From Methylobacter sp. KS41 (lineage in GTDB: Bacteria > Pseudomonadota > Gammaproteobacteria > Methylococcales > Methylomonadaceae): a DNA stretch of 64,000 nt. The notes beneath the pieces were generated by a model, which did not search any database, was not told the origin of the DNA, and saw nothing but the letters and a program-made list of their open reading frames with translations. The first letter of the stretch is position 1. Every line of letters begins with the position of its first letter. The position numbers were made by a program, and so were the translations under genes. The DNA lies in assembly GCA_002862125.1 (NCBI GenBank), contig PHSP01000004.1, positions 168,935 through 232,934 on the forward strand, written 5' to 3'. Shown here in pieces: positions 9,378-19,537 of the stretch.

Positions 9378-11561
9378 TTAAAGAACCGGATCAAGCTCCT
9401 GATATTTCTGGTAAGCATTAAACGCCATGTCGGAATGAATAATATGCTTCCCCCATTTATCCATAAACTCCTCAATTTCACTTAGCTTCCAGTCATCATT
9501 TGCTATTTTCCGATCCATATCGACTAGCTTTTCAAGCATAAAATTATGTTCCTTTACATGGTCTTTATAGTTTCTGAAGCCTGATTTTTTCATCAGTTTT
9601 TCCTCGGCTCTAAAATGCTCCTTGACATGCCGATAAATCAACCGGCTATTTTTGATCAATTCTTCCCTAGTAATTGAAGAGACCAACTGATCGGCTAAAA
9701 CAAATAAATCTTTATGCTCACTATCAACTTGATCATCACCTATCTGGTAATAATCCTGCCAGATAAAGTGGACCATGCTTCCTGATGAGGGTTGTTTGGA
9801 CACTTCCTGTATCCGGCGATGTTTGGCAATATTTTCAGGGGTTTTATTATCGCCGTTTAACTTATAAACAAAACGTTTGCGTGCGCTGTGATAATCTTCA
9901 TTTCCATAGAAATTTTCGTACATTTGCGTCAATTCGAATTGCCTGTAAGAAGCGAGTGCCTTTTGCGATTCGTCACAGCAGCGCGTCTTAGCTTTTTCAT
10001 TTAAACACAAGTGCAAGATCTTGCTATCAGCAACAGCGGCATTTGCCAGATGTTTAACCTGAGCTGCAAAAATCCTATGATTTTTATCCAGCACTTTATC
10101 ACACAGACCTATATGCCATGCCTTTTTGGCACTGATTGGCAAGCGTTGTTCAGTTAATGACGTCGCCATTTCCAACCCGACGCGCTTGGGTAACAAATAG
10201 GTCCAATACTCGGAACCATAAAGTTCGCCCATATTTTTATAATGCGGATTAAATATGACGCCTTCCCTGGCAAAGACCTTGTCAGCCGCTATGGCCATAA
10301 TCGCCCCACCCGCGCCTGCACTGCCCGCAATGGCGGAAATGGTCAGTTTATCCAGGGTGGTAATGATCTGATGAATAAGATCATCAATTGCGTTGATATT
10401 TAACCAGGATTCATCAGCCGGATTATCCGCGGCTTCGATGTGATTAAGGTGAATCCCGTTTGACCAGCATTCGTCACCACCCATCAGCACAATCGCTTTT
10501 ACAGGCAGCGTTGCCACATGCCGATAAACCGATAGCAGAAGCCGGCATTGCTCCGTGCTCATGCCGCCATTGTGAAAAGGAAAGTTGATATAAGCTGCAT
10601 CACCCTCCTGCTCATACCAAACTTCCTGACAGGGCAACTCCCGGCCGGGTTTTGCGTAGTCAATCTCAATATGCTTGATGGTTTTGGCTAACAGGCCTCT
10701 TAAAGCAGAAGTTGCAGGGACGGCCTCGGGCATTAAATCTTTTAACACAAATTTAGCCGGTAGTTTTATGCCCTTGACTCCTGATTCGAGTTTCGGTTTT
10801 AAATGTCCAATCCAGATCGCTCCGTCAACTGTCGCCCGGCAAACGGCATGATTTGCCGTTGCAATTATCTCTCCCGGTTTTCCGGTTAAACGGGACTCTT
10901 TATGGGCATTAAAAATGAAAACAGGCTTTCCATAAATTTCATCCAGGACGCCAGGACTGCCATCCGCCGCGTTAATCCGTCTTAAAATCTCATCCGTTTT
11001 ATGTTTTTTCCAGTTAATGACGCGATCCTGCTGCTTCATTAAGGGCATTAACTTACCCGTATAATCAGGTTTACTATAATCCTGCGCTTCGGGTTTGAAA
11101 TCCGGGGCGTCAAAATAGCTTAAAACCTCCCACAAACAATCGACCGCCGCCTGTGTCACTTCTCGATAGAAAATACTGCTTTTAGTCGCCCGACGCATGG
11201 GGAAAGTCTTGCTGGCCCAAATAGCGCCGGCATCCATTTCTTCGGCCGCTTGCAGCAAGGAAACGCCCCATTCCGGCTCGCCGTTCTGAATCGCCCAGTC
11301 CAAAGAAGACGGGCCTCTGTCGCCTTTAATGCCTGGATGAACGATCAGGCATTTATAGTTTTCATAAATTTCCTTGGGAAGGCGATTTGTTAAAAACGGA
11401 CACAGTATCAAATCCGGTTTGAACAACGACACGCCTTCCAACAGTTGCGCCATGTCGCCCGAATGTAATTCAACCGATACCGGGAAACCTGCGTCCTCTA
11501 GTTCGGTATAAAAACGTTGCGTTAACCCGGAAAATGCCGATGAAATGAGTAATATACGCAT
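9378..11561 (-). CDS. HypX/HoxX-like protein (formyltransferase domain + enoyl-CoA hydratase/crotonase-like domain) fused to a C-terminal hemerythrin domain
   Basis: 727 aa with a perfect AGGAGG RBS. Residues 1-~270 carry a Fmt-like formyltransferase fold (IVHPGIKGDRGPSSLDWAI). The middle has a crotonase fold (AIVLMGGDECWSNGIHL...). The last ~130 aa carry hemerythrin His/Glu/Asp ligand spacing (DSEHK...YRHVKEHFRAEE...KDHVKEH...IIHSD). Confidence 0.65.
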   Translation of the reverse strand: MRILLISSAFSGLTQRFYTELEDAGFPVSVELHSGDMAQLLEGVSLFKPDLILCPFLTNRLPKEIYENYKCLIVHPGIKGDRGPSSLDWAIQNGEPEWGVSLLQAAEEMDAGAIWASKTFPMRRATKSSIFYREVTQAAVDCLWEVLSYFDAPDFKPEAQDYSKPDYTGKLMPLMKQQDRVINWKKHKTDEILRRINAADGSPGVLDEIYGKPVFIFNAHKESRLTGKPGEIIATANHAVCRATVDGAIWIGHLKPKLESGVKGIKLPAKFVLKDLMPEAVPATSALRGLLAKTIKHIEIDYAKPGRELPCQEVWYEQEGDAAYINFPFHNGGMSTEQCRLLLSVYRHVATLPVKAIVLMGGDECWSNGIHLNHIEAADNPADESWLNINAIDDLIHQIITTLDKLTISAIAGSAGAGGAIMAIAADKVFAREGVIFNPHYKNMGELYGSEYWTYLLPKRVGLEMATSLTEQRLPISAKKAWHIGLCDKVLDKNHRIFAAQVKHLANAAVADSKILHLCLNEKAKTRCCDESQKALASYRQFELTQMYENFYGNEDYHSARKRFVYKLNGDNKTPENIAKHRRIQEVSKQPSSGSMVHFIWQDYYQIGDDQVDSEHKDLFVLADQLVSSITREELIKNSRLIYRHVKEHFRAEEKLMKKSGFRNYKDHVKEHNFMLEKLVDMDRKIANDDWKLSEIEEFMDKWGKHIIHSDMAFNAYQKYQELDPVL

Positions 11562-11645
11562 GAAGTCCTCCTAACTTTAATTATGGGTTGCTTACACTAA
11601 CACGCTTTATAGACATAAAGGCGAATAACTTTACATTCTAGGATT

Positions 11646-12701
11646 CTAGGCCGCTTTGATCGGATAAGGATCGGAGAGACCGAAACGGTCACGATAACTT
11701 TGCGGGTTTATCCCCAGTTGTCGAATAAAGGCTCGGCGCATTCGTTCCGGGTCAGCAAAACCGGATTTGCCGGCCACAACTTCAATCGATAGCCTGGTGC
11801 TTCCCAAATAATGGCGCGCCGCGTCAATACGCGCCATTTCCACAAACTTGGCTGGCGTCAACCCGGTTTCCGTCAAGAAAAACCGTGCAAAATTCCGGGG
11901 ACTCATAAACATGCGCTCAGCCAGGATTTCCACCCGCAGATCTCCGGTCAGATGAAGCATGATCCAGGCCTGTAAATCTTTGAGCTCGGGACGGGCGGCC
12001 TCGCTGGTCAGATAGGAGCTGAACTGGGACTGGCCGCCCGGCCGTTTAAGAAACACCACCAGATAGCGCGCGACCAGCAAGGCCAGCTCGCTCCCCCAAT
12101 CTTCTTCCACCATCGATAACGTCATATCTATCCCGGACGTTACGCCTCCCGATGTTGAAATTGAGCCATCGCGTACAAAAATACGATCCGGCTCAACAAT
12201 TACCGATGGATAATCACGCGCCAACCAATCGCAATAATCCCAGTGGCTGGTCGCCCGCCGGCCATCGAGGAGACCGCTTTGCGCCAGCAGAAAAGCCCCT
12301 GTGCAGACTGACGCAAGCCTTCTGACCCGTGGCGCCATGGCTCGAACCCAATCCTGTAAGGCCGGGTCGCACAACAGACAACTTACATCAGGAGTGCCGG
12401 CAATTAACAGGGTATCGATACCGTCTTGAACATCGCCATAAGCTTTATCGGCGATGACCTGAAGACCGCATGAGGATTTTATTGGTCCCGGTTGAGCCGC
12501 AAGCACCTCCATTGGATAGGCAGGTTCACTGCACACACCCGTTCGCTGCAAGGCATTATTGGCGAAAGCAAATACTTCCATAGGGCCGGTTAGGTCTATT
12601 ATCTCAACACCGGGGTATGTAACAAAACCGACAGACCGTATTTTCGCTACACGAACCTGTGCAGGGTTATGATCGCTTGGGGGCGAAAAAGGAATGTTCA
12701 T
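11646..12701 (-). CDS. GlxA-family transcriptional regulator (DJ-1/PfpI-like N-domain + AraC-type HTH)
   Basis: 351 aa. N-terminal class-I glutamine amidotransferase-like domain (ASVCTGAFLLAQSGLLDGRRATSHW). C-terminal AraC HTH (FARFFLTETGLTPAKFVEMARIDAARHYL). Confidence 0.8.
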   Translation of the reverse strand: MNIPFSPPSDHNPAQVRVAKIRSVGFVTYPGVEIIDLTGPMEVFAFANNALQRTGVCSEPAYPMEVLAAQPGPIKSSCGLQVIADKAYGDVQDGIDTLLIAGTPDVSCLLCDPALQDWVRAMAPRVRRLASVCTGAFLLAQSGLLDGRRATSHWDYCDWLARDYPSVIVEPDRIFVRDGSISTSGGVTSGIDMTLSMVEEDWGSELALLVARYLVVFLKRPGGQSQFSSYLTSEAARPELKDLQAWIMLHLTGDLRVEILAERMFMSPRNFARFFLTETGLTPAKFVEMARIDAARHYLGSTRLSIEVVAGKSGFADPERMRRAFIRQLGINPQSYRDRFGLSDPYPIKAA

Positions 12702-13035
12702 CTAGGCACCTCACTTAAAAAATCATGGGTTAAATGCACCGGAAACTCCTCGCGCGGCGCAACCAGCACACCCAATAGCGTTTTTTTATACGCGAATGTT
12801 CAGTGAGCCAATCATTCGCGCCTTGATTTTTCTCCAGAAAACAATGGATGCGGATTTATAATCCCTCATAAACTGTATTTACACAACGACATATTGCCCT
12901 CGTTTTCTGCCAAAAAATAGCTTCTAAATTAGTGCATTACCTGGAAATTTTTTGTATGGTTTGTTAATCAGCCTTCGGAAAATTCAATTGGTTAGCCGTA
13001 AATTTTTTTTAGCGGACCCAAATCTCTGGCCCTGA

Positions 13036-14568
13036 CTAGTTTTTGAGGGCTAACAACGCCTTGAATGCGGAATGGTTTTCAGCATGTTTGAAGTTTGCAA
13101 ATTTTGATGAAAAGTCTTTGCGAGCGTTGCTTCTGAGCGTATCCAGGTTCTGGATTAAAACGCCCATGGCTAATATAGTGTTGGCATGTATGTTGTTGCC
13201 CAGCATTTCTTCACTGTATACTTTTAGCGTGTTTTCCTGGACGGCCAAATCCTGAAAGTTGCCTAACACTTCCTGTAGTTCTTTTAGGTTCTTAATGAAG
13301 TGGTTTATTTGATTTTCGTGATAGAGACTTTGGAAAAACTCCATCAAATAACGTAATTTCTTACATGACTTCCGTAATTCATGTAATGCTTCCGGCGGTG
13401 ATTGTTCCGTAATCGCTTGGCCTTCCGTCAGGACACGCTTATAAATTTTCGAAAGCCGCCGATCCGCCATGTGTTTAATTGTCAGTTTTGCATTAGCTTC
13501 GAGCGGTTTCAGCGGGGCTTGTTCTTTAAGATATTGCTCCCATGCGGATATTGTGGATAAGTATTTGGCGGAGCGAAGTTTTTTTGCCAATTCCTTGTGC
13601 GCTTTTTGCTGTTTGGCGAGAATAAATTCATGCAATGGGTCGAGATCATCGCGGATTGAAGCCGGCAAGCTGCCTTTGTAGTGTGTAAAATTCAGCAGAT
13701 AAACATCCAAATCACGAGTGGAACCGGTGATCTGTCCCAGCCAGGAAAAAAATTCAGCATAATATGTGCTGATTTTTTCGGGTAATACGCCTTTAAGTTG
13801 ACTGAGCCCGGCACGGGTTCTCCTGACGGCGACTCTGAAATCATGCAAAAATTCACTGTCAATATCAGCAATCGCGCCTTGCTCATTATCTTTAATGGTT
13901 TTTAACAGGTGGCTATAAATATACTTGGCGGCAATATCAGCACGCATCTCAGGGTCCAGGTTGAGATTCATTTTTGACGAATAGTCGTTTGGTTTACGGC
14001 CCTGAAGTTTTAAGGCGGTAACCAGTAATGGTTTGTGCGCAGGCGTTAAGCCCAGTTTCGTGGTCAGCGTCTCAATAATGTGCCCGGAGGCCTTGTCATA
14101 ACCTTTAATAGGCTGTAAGGTGACGCGATTATTGAACAGTTCATATTCTTCTATAATCAGGCGAAGCACTGTTTTTTTAGCGTTATTAATTATGTTTACA
14201 TTATAAATTTCAAAATCGAGAGTGCATACAGGTAATAATGCCCGCATTTCTAATAATGGCGTAAAGATGCTGCGAATTTCTTCTGCTTGGAACTGTTGAC
14301 TGAATGCAGGAACTTCCCTGATTTCAGTACTGGCTATGATTTGGTCATCCGCGAGATTTCTTAACAGCAAAATTGATGCCGACTTTGAACGGTTAAATTC
14401 GCAAGTAATGCTGTTTTTAAAAAGTCTCCAGTCAAAACTGTCGTAATAAGTCTTGAGGGAATATTGCCTTGAAACCACTTCCAGGCATGCCTTGCTGCTT
14501 AGTTTTGATATAAATCTTTCAGCTGTTAAACTTGCGGGGAAATCAAATTGTAATGGCATATTGACCAA
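13036..14568 (-). CDS. CYTH-domain (triphosphate tunnel metalloenzyme) + CHAD-domain protein
   Basis: 510 aa. N-terminal CYTH-like beta-tunnel region. The C-terminal helical region carries the conserved CHAD motif HDFRVAVRRTRAGL. Confidence 0.7.
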   Translation of the reverse strand: MVNMPLQFDFPASLTAERFISKLSSKACLEVVSRQYSLKTYYDSFDWRLFKNSITCEFNRSKSASILLLRNLADDQIIASTEIREVPAFSQQFQAEEIRSIFTPLLEMRALLPVCTLDFEIYNVNIINNAKKTVLRLIIEEYELFNNRVTLQPIKGYDKASGHIIETLTTKLGLTPAHKPLLVTALKLQGRKPNDYSSKMNLNLDPEMRADIAAKYIYSHLLKTIKDNEQGAIADIDSEFLHDFRVAVRRTRAGLSQLKGVLPEKISTYYAEFFSWLGQITGSTRDLDVYLLNFTHYKGSLPASIRDDLDPLHEFILAKQQKAHKELAKKLRSAKYLSTISAWEQYLKEQAPLKPLEANAKLTIKHMADRRLSKIYKRVLTEGQAITEQSPPEALHELRKSCKKLRYLMEFFQSLYHENQINHFIKNLKELQEVLGNFQDLAVQENTLKVYSEEMLGNNIHANTILAMGVLIQNLDTLRSNARKDFSSKFANFKHAENHSAFKALLALKN

Positions 14569-14709
14569 GGCGTAGTTGGGTTTGAGTTGATTTTCAAAGC
14601 GTTATCATATTAATGAAGTATTAACATTCAATGACAGTGTAACAATCAACTGCTATTGTAACTGGGATTAAGACATTTTCGTATCAAATAACAAACAGGT
14701 AGCCGTAAA

Positions 14710-15234
14710 ATGAGTAGAGAATTATGCTTGCTTAGGCATGGAAAATCAGACCGCGATGATCTTGCCATGGATGATTTTGACAGACCTTTAAAAAAACGTG
14801 GCAAACTCGCGGCTCAGCGCATCGGGGGTTGGCTCAAACAAGAAAATCTTGTACCCGGCTGCCTGATCAGTTCGCCTGCAAAAAGAGCCTTGTCCACGGC
14901 GAAAATAGTCCACAAAGCCATCGACGAAGAGGCGTTGCTCGTCAAGCAGGATAAGCGTTTGTATCAAGAGGGGTTTGAACGCTTGAAAGCAGTGTTGGCT
15001 GAATGTCCCTCAGATGCCGGGCGGGTATTGCTGGTAGGACATAATCCTGAACTGGAAGACTTGCTTATTTATCTGGCAGGCGCTCCCAACCTGCCGGATA
15101 TTGATAAATTGTTACCCACAGCCGCTCTGGCCCGGCTGCAAATGCCTGATGACTGGTCTCATCTGGATGCCGGCTGCGCCAAGCTTCTGTCCATCACCTG
15201 TCCTGAACACTTGCCTGAAGCGCCCAATTCATAA
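14710..15234 (+). CDS. sixA: Phosphohistidine phosphatase SixA
   Basis: LLRHGKSD histidine-phosphatase catalytic motif at the N-terminus. ~170 aa, typical of SixA. Confidence 0.75.
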   Translation: MSRELCLLRHGKSDRDDLAMDDFDRPLKKRGKLAAQRIGGWLKQENLVPGCLISSPAKRALSTAKIVHKAIDEEALLVKQDKRLYQEGFERLKAVLAECPSDAGRVLLVGHNPELEDLLIYLAGAPNLPDIDKLLPTAALARLQMPDDWSHLDAGCAKLLSITCPEHLPEAPNS

Positions 15235-15281
15235 TTGTATAGCCTCCGTATTGAGAGCGGGTAATGGACAAGATTAAGCAA

Positions 15282-15322
15282 TTGTCATAATCTTGTCATA
15301 TAAGGTTAATATCCTTGTCACC
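15282..15322 (+). promoter_or_regulatory. Pho box (PhoB binding site) upstream of pstS
   Basis: TTGTCATA repeats at 15282 and 15293 with 11-bp periodicity and a third CTTGTCAC at 15314. They are followed by a TATTAT -10 element ~45 nt before the pstS ATG. Confidence 0.7.
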
Positions 15323-15370
15323 TTATTATGTACAAAATAGTTCCAAATTAATTAACTTGAGATTTTATAA

Positions 15371-16354
15371 ATGAAATTATCTTTTAAGACAAACTCGCTG
15401 ATAGCTGCGATGGGTTTTGCTTCCCTGGCTTTAGTCAATGGACCGGCTGGCGCGGTACAAACGGTTGATGCAGGCATTCCTGAATATCATAAAGCCAGCG
15501 GTATTTCCGGCAACTTGTCCAGTGTGGGTTCTGATACCTTGGCTAACCTGATGACCCTCTGGGCTGAAGAATTTAACCGCGAATACCCAAATGTTAATAT
15601 CCAGATTCAGGCAGCGGGTTCATCGACCGCTCCGCCAGCGTTAACAGAAGGCACATCAAATTTGGGACCTATGAGCCGCGAGATGAAAGATGACGAACTG
15701 GAAGCTTTTGAAGATAAATATGGTTATAAGCCGACGGCTATTCCTGTCGCTATTGACGCGCTGGCTGTGATGGTCAATAAAGACAACCCCATCAAAGGCC
15801 TTACTATTCCACAAGTTGATGCAATTTTTTCCTCTACCCGTAAATGCGGTTACGAAAGCGATATTGAAACGTGGGGGCAGGCCGGCGTCGCGGCATGGGG
15901 AGCAAAAAGCATTCAGTTATACGGACGTAACTCGGTTTCCGGCACATACGGCTATTTTAAAGAACATGCTCTATGCAAGGGAGACTACAAAAGTAACGTA
16001 AACGAACAACCCGGTTCAGCCTCTGTCGTTCAATCAGTCACTTCTTCGGTTAATGGTATTGGATATTCAGGCATGGGTTACACCACTTCAGGCATTAGAA
16101 TGGTTCCTCTGGCAAAAAAAGAAGGTCAACCATTTATTGAAGCAACCCCCGAAAATGCGATTAAAGGCACTTACCCGTTAACACGTTATTTGTATATTTA
16201 TGTCAATAAAAAACCAAATCAGCCTTTAGCGCCGTTAGAGAACGAATTTATGAAAATGGTGTTATCTAAAGCGGGTCAACAAGTTGTAATAAAAGACGGT
16301 TATATTCCCTTACCTGCAAAAGTAGTTGAAAAAGTGCTGACTACCCTTAAATAA
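15371..16354 (+). CDS. pstS: Phosphate ABC transporter substrate-binding protein PstS
   Basis: Signal peptide plus the PstS-family PBP fold ([23 protein letters not shown]...[10 protein letters not shown]). Confidence 0.9.
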   Translation: MKLSFKTNSLIAAMGFASLALVNGPAGAVQTVDAGIPEYHKASGISGNLSSVGSDTLANLMTLWAEEFNREYPNVNIQIQAAGSSTAPPALTEGTSNLGPMSREMKDDELEAFEDKYGYKPTAIPVAIDALAVMVNKDNPIKGLTIPQVDAIFSSTRKCGYESDIETWGQAGVAAWGAKSIQLYGRNSVSGTYGYFKEHALCKGDYKSNVNEQPGSASVVQSVTSSVNGIGYSGMGYTTSGIRMVPLAKKEGQPFIEATPENAIKGTYPLTRYLYIYVNKKPNQPLAPLENEFMKMVLSKAGQQVVIKDGYIPLPAKVVEKVLTTLK

Positions 16355-16512
16355 GGTTCATATTCAACACGGGAATGAATTGTGACTTTCGTTCCCTTCT
16401 ATTTCAAGGAGTAAGCACTATTCCTATTGCTGCTCATTCAGAGGAAAAAACGCTGCCCGGGCTGCGCCGAAGAGGTTGAGAAGAGAAACAGCTGATTTTT
16501 CTCCTCTCCCTA

Positions 16513-16543
16513 GGGCCATTTCCGTCAGGAAATGGCCCTTTTT
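16513..16543 (+). terminator. Rho-independent terminator downstream of pstS
   Basis: GGGCCATTTCC-GTCA-GGAAATGGCCC followed by TTTTT. Confidence 0.75.
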
Positions 16544-16714
16544 ACTTTTGTAAACCATTGTTTTTGCAGTGCGTAATTTAGTGAAGGCAGCCTCTGCGCT
16601 CAACGCCAAGTTAAAGACAAGGACTTCTTTAAAATTCACGAGATATAATCATATTATGGTATAGAATGAATCCAGAAGACTTCCTCATCGCACTTTCTCT
16701 CCAAAGGAGGAGAT

Positions 16715-16903
16715 ATGGATACTAAACATGAATCTTTATACGATTTTAGCGGCGGCATTGACTTGAACGAATTTCGAGAAATGGTTGCCGTAAACGCTTA
16801 TTACAGGGCCGAAAAGCGAGGTTTTAAACCGGGTCAAGAAATAGATGATTGGCTTCAAGCCGAGCAGGAAATAAGCAATCAGCGACGTTATTGGCTCCGG
16901 TAA
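16715..16903 (+). CDS. DUF2934-family small protein
   Basis: 62 aa with a strong AAGGAGGAG RBS. AYYRAEKRGFKPGQEIDDWLQAEQE matches the DUF2934 signature. Confidence 0.6.
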   Translation: MDTKHESLYDFSGGIDLNEFREMVAVNAYYRAEKRGFKPGQEIDDWLQAEQEISNQRRYWLR

Positions 16904-17257
16904 ACCGCCTGATTACATAAAATTTTTCACTCATATCCAGCATTTTCAAAACATAATTTGAATGATTTTAATAGAGAGCACGACTTTACGGAAGTCTGGG
17001 ACATCCATTCCATTAGGATAAAACGGAACAAGAGCTTTCTAAAAACCGCATTCAATCGACATACTGGGCTTTAACTGTTATGCAGAACTGCATGAGCCAG
17101 GATGCTGAACTGGATTAACTGATGACTCTCACTCCCCTCATAGGGAGATTCAGATTAGCGCAGACGATAAAGCGGTTAAGATTTGATTATTGAATCTCAA
17201 CCGTTTTTTTTGATTTTTGTTATATCATTGGCACATTTTTATTTCTATAAGCTCCTC

Positions 17258-19537
17258 ATGTCTGAAACACGCATAAAAACAAACTATTCCTCTGCCATTA
17301 AACAAACATCAGGCGGAGTTCATGAGCGCTGGCGGCTCATCAAAGATAGGCTTGCACGCTATGGCGTGATTGCCGGCGGCCTTGGTGTTATCGTAGCTAT
17401 TGTACTGATTTTCTTTTATCTGCTTTACGTGGTTTTCCCCTTATTTCTACCTGCATCAGCTGAACCGGTAAGCCAATATGAAGTTCCCGAACCAGCTATA
17501 GGTAAAACAGTGCTGTTGGAGATGGAAGAACAGAATGAAGTAGCCGCCCGCTTTACTGACACAGGTCAAGTCGTATTCTTTGCTGTGGCGACCGGCAAGC
17601 CTATATTAACTGAAGCCGTCAAAATACCCGAAGGCGCGCAAATAGTCAGCTTTTCTCAAGGCAGTCCGGTAAAGGATGGTGCAGTGATTTACGGCTTATC
17701 GAACGGCCAAGCGGTTATTGCTAAATATCAATATAAAATAACGTATCCGGATAATATTCGCGTTATCACGCCTTCATTATCCTATCCATTAGGCGATACG
17801 CCTTTAGTGATTGATGAATCGGGCGCGCCTTTGGAAAAAATTGCCGTTAAAATTGGCCGCGATGCCAGCACGATTGCTGCGAAAACCGCTGACAAAATCC
17901 GCCTAAGCCATTTCGAAATAGAAAAATCCTTGTTCGAAGATGAAGGCTCGGTAACACGGACAGATTCGATTTTAGACTATTCAGCTGCAAATGTTGCCGA
18001 CATTCTGATTGATAAAGACGAACATAATCTTTATTTGTTAACCAGTGACGGCAATTTAGGTTTATTTGATATTAGCGATAAAAGCGCGCCTGCCCTAATG
18101 CAGGAACAAAATATAGTTGAAGCGGGACATACAATCACCAGTGTCGAGTTTTTAAATGGCGACCTTTCCTTGATGATTGGCGATTCCAGCGGTTTGGTAT
18201 CGCAGTGGAGCAAGGTTAGAGACAAATTAAATCACTTTGCGTTGCAGGAAATCAGAACCTTTAAAGTATCTGACAATGCAGTTATTTTGATAAATTCGGA
18301 ACAGCGGCGTAAAGGCTTCATGACGCTCGATACAGCCGGCATGCTGGGTATTTATCATTCAACGTCTGAAAGGGAATTGATTAAAATGCGTGCTGGTAAT
18401 TCACGTCCCATAGCCGCGGCGATATCACCCAGGGCAAATGCCGTGTTAATCCAGTCCGAGGATGACAAAATAAACTTCCTGAAGGTTAATAACGAGCATC
18501 CGGAAGTGTCATTAAGTTCGCTTTGGCGGAAAGTGTGGTATGAAAGTTATCCCAAGCCGGATTACATCTGGCAATCGTCGGCGGCAAACAATGATTTTGA
18601 GCCTAAATACAGTTTGACCCCTCTGGTTTTCGGCACTTTAAAAGCGGCTTTTTACGCCATGCTGGTGGCCATACCGTTGGCCTTGATGGGAGCAATGTAT
18701 ACTGCCTATTTCATGACATCAAAAATGCGGCAGTTTGTTAAACCATCCATTGAATTAATGGGTGCATTGCCTACTGTTATTTTAGGATTTCTTGCCGGTT
18801 TATGGCTGGCCCCGACTATGGAAGAACATTTGTCGGGGTTCTTTCTGCTTTTTCTTCTACTACCGGTGAGTGTTTTAGTGTTTGCCTATGTCTGGCAGTT
18901 TTTACCCAAAACACTGCTCGATGAAATTCCTTCAGGATGGGAGGCTGCATTATTGATACCGGTCATCCTGCTCACTGGCTGGCTTTCTTTTACCGTGAGC
19001 GTGCCGTTGGAAACCCTGTTATTTCATGGTACTCTGCGCGACTGGTTTAAAAGCGAATTTGGTATCGGTTACGACCAGCGTAACGCCATGGTTGTCGGCA
19101 TAGCTATGGGCTTTGCAGTCATTCCGACGATTTTTTCAATTGCTGAAGACGCCATTTTCAGCGTACCGAAACATTTAACAGTGGGTTCTCTGGCTTTAGG
19201 CGCGACTCCCTGGCAAACCATGATTAAAGTGGTGCTGTTAACGGCCAGTCCCGGAATTTTTTCGGCAGTGATGATTGGTCTTGGCCGTGCAGTGGGCGAG
19301 ACCATGATTGTATTAATGGCGACAGGAAATACGCCGGTGATGGACCTGAGTATTTTCCAAGGGTTACGGACTTTGGCTGCGAATATTGCCGTGGAAATGC
19401 CTGAAGCTGAAGTGGATAGCACGCATTACCGGGTATTGTTCCTAGCCGCGCTGGTATTGTTTATGTTCACCTTTATTGTCAATACCCTGGCGGAAATTAT
19501 CCGTCAGCGTTTACGCGAAAAATATAGCTCATTATGA
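17258..19537 (+). CDS. pstC: Phosphate ABC transporter permease PstC (long form with N-terminal extension)
   Basis: ~760 aa from the internal ATG. The C-terminal half is a canonical PstC permease with the EAA loop (GRAVGETMIVLMATGN). Long-form PstC occurs in Pseudomonas-type pst operons. Confidence 0.85.
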   Translation: MSETRIKTNYSSAIKQTSGGVHERWRLIKDRLARYGVIAGGLGVIVAIVLIFFYLLYVVFPLFLPASAEPVSQYEVPEPAIGKTVLLEMEEQNEVAARFTDTGQVVFFAVATGKPILTEAVKIPEGAQIVSFSQGSPVKDGAVIYGLSNGQAVIAKYQYKITYPDNIRVITPSLSYPLGDTPLVIDESGAPLEKIAVKIGRDASTIAAKTADKIRLSHFEIEKSLFEDEGSVTRTDSILDYSAANVADILIDKDEHNLYLLTSDGNLGLFDISDKSAPALMQEQNIVEAGHTITSVEFLNGDLSLMIGDSSGLVSQWSKVRDKLNHFALQEIRTFKVSDNAVILINSEQRRKGFMTLDTAGMLGIYHSTSERELIKMRAGNSRPIAAAISPRANAVLIQSEDDKINFLKVNNEHPEVSLSSLWRKVWYESYPKPDYIWQSSAANNDFEPKYSLTPLVFGTLKAAFYAMLVAIPLALMGAMYTAYFMTSKMRQFVKPSIELMGALPTVILGFLAGLWLAPTMEEHLSGFFLLFLLLPVSVLVFAYVWQFLPKTLLDEIPSGWEAALLIPVILLTGWLSFTVSVPLETLLFHGTLRDWFKSEFGIGYDQRNAMVVGIAMGFAVIPTIFSIAEDAIFSVPKHLTVGSLALGATPWQTMIKVVLLTASPGIFSAVMIGLGRAVGETMIVLMATGNTPVMDLSIFQGLRTLAANIAVEMPEAEVDSTHYRVLFLAALVLFMFTFIVNTLAEIIRQRLREKYSSL

